A stretch of 36,455 nucleotides of DNA from Solirubrobacteraceae bacterium (GTDB taxonomy: Bacteria > Actinomycetota > Thermoleophilia > Solirubrobacterales > Solirubrobacteraceae): assembly GCA_036506755.1 (NCBI GenBank), contig DASXRF010000189.1:1-36455 (forward strand), given 5' to 3'. A program made the position numbers and the translations under genes. Position 1 is the first letter of the stretch; the number at the start of each line of letters is the position of its first letter. This document shows, piece after piece, positions 9,705-16,931 of this stretch. Below the pieces are notes generated by a model. The model made no database searches and was not told the DNA's origin. It was given only the letters and a program-made list of their open reading frames with translations.

Positions 9705-9769
9705 GACGCTGTAGAAGCCGCGTGTCGAGAAGACCCAGATGCCTTGTTGGTCGCTCCGGCCGTGTCTGA

Positions 9770-9783
9770 TCTGACGCGTCAGA
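9770..9783. promoter_or_regulatory. Perfect 14-bp palindrome TCTGACGCGTCAGA in the divergent intergenic region
   Basis: Read directly from the sequence. It lies between the minus-strand operon and the giant surface-protein gene. Confidence 0.25.
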
Positions 9784-9873
9784 AGCCGGGCGCCGAGGTC
9801 GCCTTCGCCGTGTCGCTGCGGTGCTTAACCCCTGGCTCTAAGACCTTCCACGCGTTTTGCCGATAGCCGGTGC

Positions 9874-12800
9874 ATGGCGTCCGTCCGGGAGGCAGCATCG
9901 AACCGCGCGAGTCGTTCCCGACGCGCGCCATTGCAACCACGAGCGCTTCGGACCGCCTGCAGCGCGCTTGTCGTGTTCGTTCTCGTGGGGCTTTGTTCCA
10001 GCCCGCCGGCGGGGGCCGCGACGACCGTTGCCGGCGGAACGCTTACGAGCGATGTGACGTGGTCGGTTGGTGGTAGTCCGTATGTGCTTGGGGGGCAGGT
10101 GGAGATTCCGCCGGGGGTGCGGTTGACGATCGATCCGGGCGTGGAGGTGCGTACGGACGGCAGTTGGTCGGGGGCGATGTTCCACTTGGGTGGTCAGCTG
10201 GTCGCGCAGGGGTCCTCGGGCGATCCTGTGAGGTTTTCCGGTGGGGGGCACGCGTTGATCGACTCGTCGTCGAGTCCGGCGGGGAGCAGGGCCTCGCTGT
10301 CGCACACGGTCATCTCGGGTGTCGCGTCGCTGTGGCCGGCGACCGGTTACACGACGTACGCCTCGTTTGACTTGACCGATTCGGAGGTCTCCGACGTGGC
10401 CGGCTACAGCTACGTCTGGTATCCGAAGGCCGACGTCCACGTCGAGCGGAACACGTTTCGCGACGCTGCGGGCTTCAGCGTCGGGACGAGCGACGCGACG
10501 GTGTGGTTTCGCCAGAACGTCTTCGTCGGTCGCGCGCGCCAGAACCCTGGCTGCGACGGCGCCTGGATCTGCAACTGGGCGGCCTACAACGGGACCACGA
10601 CGCAGGTTCACGCCAACAACTTCGCCCGCAGCTCAGGGCCGGTGCTGTCGCTGCCGACCGGCTACACGAGCGCGGCGATCGACGCGACCAGCAACTACTG
10701 GGGCTCGATGGGCCTCGCCGACGTCGCCGGCGTGGTCCTTGACGCCAACGACACGTTCTCGCGCGCGCGAGTCGTCGTGCTCGATCCGTTGCTTTCCGAG
10801 CCCGATCCGTTTGCGCCGCCCGCGCCGGCGCCCGGCGCCCCGTCGGTCGCCGGTGTCCCGACCGGCACGACGTCGTCGATGGCGGCGACGATCACGTTGT
10901 CGGGCGAGATCGGCGCCACCTTCTCGTGCTCGCTGGACGGCGCCAGCTACACGGCGTGCTCGAGCCCGGTCGGGCTGACCGGGCTGTCGGATGGCACCCA
11001 CAGCTTCAGCGTCATCCAGTCCGACCGCCTCGGCGCCGCCAGCGAGCCGACCACCTCAACGTGGACCATCGACGCCACCGCCCCCCAAACAACGATCGTC
11101 TCTGGCCCGTCTGGCCCCGTTCGTGATGGGTCGCCGAGGTTTGGGTTCATCTCGTCGGAGGATGGTTCGTCGTTTGAGTGCAGGCTCGACACACGTGATT
11201 GGTCGTCGTGCTCGTCGCCGAAGAGCTACAGCGCCCTGACCGATGGTTCGCACACCTTCGCGGTCCGTGCGACCGATTCCCTCGGCAACACCGACGCGAC
11301 CGCGCCGACGCGGACCTTCACGGTCGACACGGTGGCCCCGCAGACGACGATCGGGTCTGGGCCGTCAGGGCCGACTGGCGACGCGTCGCCGATGTTTGAC
11401 TTCTCCTCGTCTGAGGATGGTTCGTCGTTTGAGTGCAGGCTCGACACGGGCGATTGGTCGTCGTGTTCGTCGCCGACGAGCTACAGCGCCTTGAGCGACG
11501 GGTCGCACACCTTCGCGGTCCGGGCCAGCGATCGCGTCGGCAACACCGACGCGACCGAGGCGACGCGGACCTTCACGGTCGACACGGTGGCCCCGCAGAC
11601 GACGATCGGGTCTGGGCCGTCAGGGCCGACACGCGACGCGTCGCCGACGTTCGCCTTCTCCTCCTCGGAAGATGGCTCCTCGTTCGAGTGCCAGCTGGAG
11701 AACCTCGGGGGCGCAGCGGCCAGCTGGACGGCATGCCCATCGCGACACGTGCTCACCGGTCTGAGCGACGGCGAGTACATCCTGGAGGTTCGCGCTACGG
11801 ACTCGGCTTCGAACACCGATCCGAACGTGGCGTCCCGGCGCTTCACGGTCGACACGGTGGCGCCGGAGACGACGATCGTCTCAGGTCCGTCGGGGCTGAC
11901 GCGCGATCCATCGCCGAGGTTCGAGTTTGGCTCATCGGAGGCCGGTGGGTCGTTTGAGTGCAGGCTCGACGCCGGGGACTGGTCGGCGTGCTCGTGGTCG
12001 ACCCGCTACATCGGGTTGAGCGATGGCCCGCATACCTTCGCGGTGCGCGCCAGCGATCCGGCCGGCAACACCGACGAGATCGAGGCGACACAATCGTTCA
12101 CGGTCGACACCCTGCCGCCTCAGACGACGATCGTCTCGGGGCCATCGGGACCGACGCGTGATAGGTCGCCGGTCTTCGAGTTGACCTCGTCGGAGGAGGG
12201 TTCGTCATTCCGGTGCCGACTCGACGGCCCAGGGGCCGTCGACGGTAGCTGGACCACATGCTCGTCGCGGCCGACGTTCAGCGGCTTGGCAGACGGGCCG
12301 TACACATTGATGGCCGTTGCCACCGACCCGGTTGGTTGGTCCGACGCAACGGAGGCGACCCGAACCTTCACCATCGACACCGTCGCGCCGCAGACAACGA
12401 TCGTCTCCGGTCCGTCGGGTCCGACGCACGACGCCTCGCCGACGTTCGAGTTCAGTTCGTCGGAGGAGGGTTCGTCGTTCGAGTGCCGGCTCGACACGGC
12501 CGACTGGTCGCCGTGCTCGCCCTCGAAGAGCTACAGCGGGTTGAGCGACGGGTCGCACAGCTTCGCCGTCCGCGCCAGCGACGAAGCCGGCAATACCGAC
12601 GCCACCGAGAAGATGCGGACCTTCACGGTCGACACGGTGGCCCCGCAGACGACCATCGTCTCGGGACCGTCGGGGCCGACGCGCGACTCGTCGCTGACCT
12701 TCACCTTCTCCTCGTCTGAGGACGGTTCGTCGTTCGAATGTCGCCTGGATGGACCAGGGGACACGGCCGGCGACTGGAGGACGTGTCCGTCGCCGCCGGT

Positions 12801-13965
12801 CTTCAATCTGGCGGAGGGGGCGTACACGTTGCGCGTCCGCGCTTCCGACGCAGCTTCGAACGGCGACCCGACGGGCGCGACGCGGACGTTCACGATCGAC
12901 AGAACTGCTCCGGAGCCGCCAGCCATCTTGTCGCCAGCTCAGGATGGCTGGGCCCGCAGCGCATCGGTGGCCCTCGAGGGCACCGCTGAGCCCGGCTCGA
13001 CGATCGAGATCTTCGATGGGGCGTCGTCGATCGGTGACGCGCTTGCGGATGACGGCGGCCGGTGGACCAAGAACGTCACAGGCCTCGCCGACGGAACACA
13101 CAGCTTTGGCGCGCGGGCTACTGACCAGGCGGGCAATACCTCCCGCTCGTCGGCCAGTCGCATGGTCGGCGTCGACACGACTGAGCCGCAGACCCACCTG
13201 TTCTCGGGGCCCGGCGCGACCGTCCACGGCAGCACGGTGACCTTCCAGTTCGACTCGGGCTCGGCTGACTCATTCGAGTGCCGCCTCGACGGCCCCGGCT
13301 CAGCAGTCGGAGCGTGGACGACATGCATCTCACCCAACCGCTACGACTCGTTGGGCAGCGGTTCTTACCGGTTCCACGTCCGCGCCACGGATTCGGTCGG
13401 TAACACGGAGACGAGCGGACCTTCGTACGAGTTCACGATCGCGCCGCCCGCGCCCGATTCTCCGCACCCCGGCACAGCCCCCGCCGCTCAGCCACCGACG
13501 ACGACGCCGACACGACCGGCGGCGCCCAAGGTCCCCGAGCCAACCAGTGATGACTCAGGGCGGATCGGTCAGCGGGCGGTCACTCAGGCACAAGCGACGT
13601 GGACGTCGATCCTCCAGGACGACAAGACGAGCGAGCGTCTGGCGACTCGCGGCGCCGTTCTTCCGTTCGCTGCGCCGTCTCCTGGTGTCCTTGTCGTTGA
13701 GCTCCTCGCGCCCGGTGCGGCAGGGACTAGGGCCGCGGCAAGCGAGGTCATCAAGATCGCTGCAACGCGCAAAACGCTCGTGCAGGCCGGAAACGCTTCG
13801 ATTCGCCTCAGGCTGAACGTTGCCGGCAGGCGCTTGCTGGGCAGGGCCCGCCGACTTCGCGTGACGCTTCGCGTGACGTTCACGCCAGAGGGCAGCCCGC
13901 CTCAGCGCCTGAGTCGCAGGGTCACGCTTCGAAAGCGTGAGACGGCCGGGTCGTCTGGTCGCTGA
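9874..13965 (+). CDS. Secreted giant surface protein (1363 aa): right-handed beta-helix N-domain, about 10 tandem Ig-like modules, Pro/Thr linker, basic C-terminal domain
   Basis: Signal-like N-terminus (RALRTACSALVVFVLVGLCSSPPAGAAT). Beta-helix-type segment (SPYVLGGQVEIPPGVRLTIDPGVEV). Repeated module APQTTIxSGPSGPTxDxSPxFxFSSSEDGSSFECRLD...C.SP..Y..LSDGSHTFAVRA.D..GNTD. Confidence 0.9.
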   Translation: MASVREAASNRASRSRRAPLQPRALRTACSALVVFVLVGLCSSPPAGAATTVAGGTLTSDVTWSVGGSPYVLGGQVEIPPGVRLTIDPGVEVRTDGSWSGAMFHLGGQLVAQGSSGDPVRFSGGGHALIDSSSSPAGSRASLSHTVISGVASLWPATGYTTYASFDLTDSEVSDVAGYSYVWYPKADVHVERNTFRDAAGFSVGTSDATVWFRQNVFVGRARQNPGCDGAWICNWAAYNGTTTQVHANNFARSSGPVLSLPTGYTSAAIDATSNYWGSMGLADVAGVVLDANDTFSRARVVVLDPLLSEPDPFAPPAPAPGAPSVAGVPTGTTSSMAATITLSGEIGATFSCSLDGASYTACSSPVGLTGLSDGTHSFSVIQSDRLGAASEPTTSTWTIDATAPQTTIVSGPSGPVRDGSPRFGFISSEDGSSFECRLDTRDWSSCSSPKSYSALTDGSHTFAVRATDSLGNTDATAPTRTFTVDTVAPQTTIGSGPSGPTGDASPMFDFSSSEDGSSFECRLDTGDWSSCSSPTSYSALSDGSHTFAVRASDRVGNTDATEATRTFTVDTVAPQTTIGSGPSGPTRDASPTFAFSSSEDGSSFECQLENLGGAAASWTACPSRHVLTGLSDGEYILEVRATDSASNTDPNVASRRFTVDTVAPETTIVSGPSGLTRDPSPRFEFGSSEAGGSFECRLDAGDWSACSWSTRYIGLSDGPHTFAVRASDPAGNTDEIEATQSFTVDTLPPQTTIVSGPSGPTRDRSPVFELTSSEEGSSFRCRLDGPGAVDGSWTTCSSRPTFSGLADGPYTLMAVATDPVGWSDATEATRTFTIDTVAPQTTIVSGPSGPTHDASPTFEFSSSEEGSSFECRLDTADWSPCSPSKSYSGLSDGSHSFAVRASDEAGNTDATEKMRTFTVDTVAPQTTIVSGPSGPTRDSSLTFTFSSSEDGSSFECRLDGPGDTAGDWRTCPSPPVFNLAEGAYTLRVRASDAASNGDPTGATRTFTIDRTAPEPPAILSPAQDGWARSASVALEGTAEPGSTIEIFDGASSIGDALADDGGRWTKNVTGLADGTHSFGARATDQAGNTSRSSASRMVGVDTTEPQTHLFSGPGATVHGSTVTFQFDSGSADSFECRLDGPGSAVGAWTTCISPNRYDSLGSGSYRFHVRATDSVGNTETSGPSYEFTIAPPAPDSPHPGTAPAAQPPTTTPTRPAAPKVPEPTSDDSGRIGQRAVTQAQATWTSILQDDKTSERLATRGAVLPFAAPSPGVLVVELLAPGAAGTRAAASEVIKIAATRKTLVQAGNASIRLRLNVAGRRLLGRARRLRVTLRVTFTPEGSPPQRLSRRVTLRKRETAGSSGR
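10840..13440 (+). repeat. Coding tandem repeat array of 255-276-nt units (Ig-like modules). The core of highly similar units is 11062..12897.
   Basis: The unit landmark GAC-ACx-xTx-GCx-CCG recurs at 11071, 11326, 11581, 11851, 12106, 12376, 12631, 12898 and 13174. Segments 11306..11375 and 11561..11630 are identical over 70 nt. Confidence 0.9.
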
Positions 13966-13979
13966 TAGCTGCGGCGGCG

Positions 13980-14516
13980 TCAGCCGAACAGGTCCGCCAC
14001 CCGCCGGCTCATCGCCGCATTCGACGTGTTGAACCGCGCGCATAGCCGCTCCACGTTCCCACCAACGTGCGCGTGCTCACGCACCACGAGCCACGCCGGC
14101 ATCAGCAGCGCCGCCGCGAAGCGGCTCGCCTCCTCCTCGATGTCGTCCGCATCCGGCTCGGGCGTCTCGTCGACGGAGGGGCGGCGGCAGAAGAGCGAGC
14201 GCTGGCCGTCGCGGTGCAGCTCCCAGTGGCCGAGCTCGTGGCCGATCGTGAAGCGGCGGCGCGGCGGCCACTGGCGCGCCTCGTCGGCGTTGACCCAGAT
14301 CTCGCCGCGGGCGGGGAGGAGGAGGCCGGAGAGCGTCTGGCCGGGCCCGAGCGGCGGGGCGCCGGGCGCCACGGTCATGTCGTCGACGTCGCGGACGAGC
14401 AGGCCGTAGACGCTGTCGGCGATGTCCTCGACCGGGACGGGCAGCGACTCGCCGTCCCACAGCCACGACGGCAGCTTGGCGAGCACCTGCTCGGCATGCT
14501 CCTCCGCCCGGTCCAT
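13980..14516 (-). CDS. ImmA/IrrE-family zinc metallopeptidase (COG2856-type), 178 aa
   Basis: HEXXH motif in FTIGHELGHWELH, followed by EEEASRFAAALLMPAWLV, which is typical of this family. Confidence 0.85.
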   Translation of the reverse strand: MDRAEEHAEQVLAKLPSWLWDGESLPVPVEDIADSVYGLLVRDVDDMTVAPGAPPLGPGQTLSGLLLPARGEIWVNADEARQWPPRRRFTIGHELGHWELHRDGQRSLFCRRPSVDETPEPDADDIEEEASRFAAALLMPAWLVVREHAHVGGNVERLCARFNTSNAAMSRRVADLFG

Positions 14517-14528
14517 CAGCGTTCGATG

Positions 14529-14690
14529 CTAGCCAAGGTCGAGCAGCCGCACGAGGCGCTCGACCGTCCGGCGCGGGCCGCGCCGCGCCCGTCGGCCGGC
14601 CAGGCGCCGGCGCAGCGCCGCAGCGAGCTCGAGGTCGCCGACGTCGATCGCGAAGGCGAGGACCCGGTAGGGGTTGGGGCGGTGGCGCAT
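14529..14690 (-). CDS. Micro-ORF (53 aa) between the HTH and ImmA genes; not in the ORF track (below 60 aa)
   Basis: ATG 14690 to TAG 14529-14531: MRHRPNPYRVLAFAIDVGDLELAAALRRRLAGRRARRGPRRTVERLVRLLDLG. Third-position G/C is nearly uniform. It fills the 180-nt gap, lying 5 nt after the HTH gene stop and 12 nt before the ImmA start. No clear SD. Confidence 0.4.
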   Translation of the reverse strand: MRHRPNPYRVLAFAIDVGDLELAAALRRRLAGRRARRGPRRTVERLVRLLDLG

Positions 14691-14695
14691 GACGT

Positions 14696-15370
14696 TCAGG
14701 AGGTCGGTGCGTCGTCCGGTCTTCTGACGCCGCGGAAGAGCTCGTCGACCTCGTCCCAGGGCTCGTCGGAGCGGCGCGGGGCGGCCGGCGCTGCGGACTT
14801 GGTCTCCATGAAGTCGGGGTCGGGCATCGCAGTGCGAGCGAACGCCGCCCGGGCGCCGGCCTCGCCGGGTCGCGGCGCGAACCCTCGGGCCGCCGCGCGC
14901 AGCGCGTCGCGGGTCGTCCCGGTCAACGAGGCGAGCGCGTCGAGCACGCGGTCAGACACGCCGGCCGGCTCGAGCAGGCCCTGCTCCATCGCGTGGTAGT
15001 AGCTCTCGACCTTCGCCTCGCGCCCGGGCACGCCGAGCGCGGCGGCGAGTCGGGCGACCAGCTCGCTGCGCTTCAGCCGCGCGCTGTGGCGCAGTCGTGG
15101 CAAGAGAACCGGCCAGGTGCCCGCCACGCCCTCGAGCGACTCGGTGAGGTCATCGACGAGGTGGCGCGCCGGCGACTGCGCGTAGGCGGCGGCGTCGAAC
15201 GACCGGCGCGGCGCGCGCTCCAGGTACGCGTCGATCAGCGCCTCGAGCTCGCGCCGGTCGGTCCCGGCGACCTGCTCCAGGTAGGCCTGCGGTCGCGTAG
15301 AGCGATCCGCCTCGAAGTCCTCGATGAACCGCCGCAACAGGCGCTCGACGTCGGGCATCTGGTCAGCCAT
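14696..15370 (-). CDS. XRE-family helix-turn-helix protein with helical N-terminal extension (224 aa); likely partner or substrate of the ImmA-like peptidase
   Basis: HTH-like segment ARLKRSELVARLAAALGVPGREAKVESYYHAMEQGLLEPAGVSDRVLDALASLTG. ATG 15370 overlaps the sigma gene stop by 8 nt (alternatives: GTG 15376, ATG 15358). Confidence 0.7.
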   Translation of the reverse strand: MADQMPDVERLLRRFIEDFEADRSTRPQAYLEQVAGTDRRELEALIDAYLERAPRRSFDAAAYAQSPARHLVDDLTESLEGVAGTWPVLLPRLRHSARLKRSELVARLAAALGVPGREAKVESYYHAMEQGLLEPAGVSDRVLDALASLTGTTRDALRAAARGFAPRPGEAGARAAFARTAMPDPDFMETKSAAPAAPRRSDEPWDEVDELFRGVRRPDDAPTS

Positions 15371-16130
15371 TGTCACCCTCGAGCCGCCGCCTCAGCTCCG
15401 TCCGGAAGCGGCGCACGATCTGGTAGGCGTTGTCGGGCGTCATGCCCGGGACCTCGGCGCACGCCTCGGCGGCCGAGCGGTCCTCGAAGACGATGATCTC
15501 GACGACGCGGCGGTGTTCGTCGCGCAGTTCGGCGAGCAGGCCCTCGAGGATCATCTGGACCTCGACGTAGCCGGCGTCGTCGGCGACCGCCGGCCCGGCG
15601 CCGCGGCCCTCGTCGTCACAGCGCTCGAGAGGTGTCTGGTCGACTTCGCGCTCGCGCGCGCGATAGAAGTCGGCGACGCGGCGCTTGAGGATGGTCTGCA
15701 GCCACGAGCGGAACTCGCCGATTGACTCGCCGGCGAAGCTCGAGCGGATGGCGTCGGCGATCACGTCGCCGGTGACGTCCTCTACGGCGTGCGCGGGGAG
15801 TTTCTGGCTCACCCGCGACTCGACGATGTCCCAGTAGCCGAAAACGAGGATCTGCAGCGACAGGCGCGCGGCGTCGGTAGCGCCGGCCTCGCGCGCCGCG
15901 CGCATGTAGGCGATCAGCTCGTCGTCCGTGCGGGCGGCGAGCTCGTGTTGGTTGAGTCGGCGGAACGGGGGCAGGACCGGAGGGTCGGCTAATTCGTCGC
16001 GGATCTGACGTGGAAGGCTCGCACGAATTTCCAGAGAGGCTCGTACCGATCTGGAATGCTCCGTGGTCAGCGGATGACTCCGGTTTGCACCCGATTTCGC
16101 GATGGTCGCCGATGGCTCCGTTGGCGACAT
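15363..16130 (-). CDS. Sigma-70 family RNA polymerase sigma factor, ECF-like (regions 2 and 4)
   Basis: Region 2-like GEFRSWLQTILKRRVADFYRARE and region 4-like RRVVEIIVFEDRSAAEACAEVPGMTPDNAYQIVRRFRTELRRRLE. ATG 16130 is the only canonical start upstream of region 2. The N-terminal ~45 codons have low GC3, so the start is uncertain. Confidence 0.8.
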   Translation of the reverse strand: MSPTEPSATIAKSGANRSHPLTTEHSRSVRASLEIRASLPRQIRDELADPPVLPPFRRLNQHELAARTDDELIAYMRAAREAGATDAARLSLQILVFGYWDIVESRVSQKLPAHAVEDVTGDVIADAIRSSFAGESIGEFRSWLQTILKRRVADFYRAREREVDQTPLERCDDEGRGAGPAVADDAGYVEVQMILEGLLAELRDEHRRVVEIIVFEDRSAAEACAEVPGMTPDNAYQIVRRFRTELRRRLEGDNG

Positions 16131-16886
16131 GCGATCGCAGTGATCGCGACGGCATCGGCAGTTGTCGGCGCCTCTGGCACGAACGCCGCCGGCGCCGGTG
16201 TTGTCCTCGGATCGCCCAGCTACGTCACCGGCGGCAGCGGCTTCGGTGAGACTGCACCATCCCTGATCTCAAACGGCGGCGTGCCGAGCGGCGTCGTCAC
16301 CCACATTCGCTGGCGTGGCTGGGGGAAGGCGACAGCAACGGCATCGGGGCGCGCCTCGATCTACAAGCCGCAGGGCGGCTACTTCCCACCTGTGAGGGTC
16401 CCGCTGCGGGCGACGAACATCGGCCACTGCCCGGGGCAATCGGCGCGCGCGTACACGACCCTCTTCATCCGCGTGCCGCCTTGGCCGGGGGGACCGCTCG
16501 GTTCGTGGTTCAAGTGGAGCGGGTCCCGCAACCTCTGCGATTACTCCGACGAGGATCCGCGATACAAGAAGCACTGGCCGGGCGACTGCGGGAGCATCGG
16601 CCCGAACTACCGCCCGGGCGACGCCTTTGACATCAGCTCCTACCGGGTCGGTTGCCGGCGAGCCCGCCGACTTGCACGGGCTTCCCGCGGCAAGATTCCG
16701 CTCGGCCCATCCGCATGCACGCGCCAAGGCTGCGCCAGAGCGGTCGGCGCTTTTCGGTGTCATTGGCAGAGGATTCACCCGGACGAGACCGCGCCGGTCG
16801 ACACGGCGGAGTACCCCGCTGAACGTGTCGACTGCACGCGGGGCGGCGCAACGGTGACGTGGTGGTTCGTCCAGCGATCCGGATGA
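16074..16886 (+). CDS. Secreted Cys-rich hypothetical protein (270 aa), lower GC than its neighbours
   Basis: Signal-like N-terminus MTPVCTRFRDGRRWLRWRHAIAVIATASAVVGASG and multiple Cys residues. I recognise no family. The ORF-track start at 16056 is also possible. Confidence 0.6.
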   Translation: MTPVCTRFRDGRRWLRWRHAIAVIATASAVVGASGTNAAGAGVVLGSPSYVTGGSGFGETAPSLISNGGVPSGVVTHIRWRGWGKATATASGRASIYKPQGGYFPPVRVPLRATNIGHCPGQSARAYTTLFIRVPPWPGGPLGSWFKWSGSRNLCDYSDEDPRYKKHWPGDCGSIGPNYRPGDAFDISSYRVGCRRARRLARASRGKIPLGPSACTRQGCARAVGAFRCHWQRIHPDETAPVDTAEYPAERVDCTRGGATVTWWFVQRSG

Positions 16887-16931
16887 GCCGACGCGCGTCA
16901 GAACGCGGGTCGCGGCGGCGACTCCAGCGGC

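Noticed and set aside
10840-13440. Whether the regular tandem repeats (255-276 nt here, ~600 nt at 31316..33400) could be a CRISPR array or a DGR template/variable repeat pair.
   Set aside because: The repeats are contiguous with no unique spacers. They are in frame and encode Ig-like or beta-helix modules. No cas genes or reverse transcriptase are present, and differences between copies are not restricted to adenine positions.
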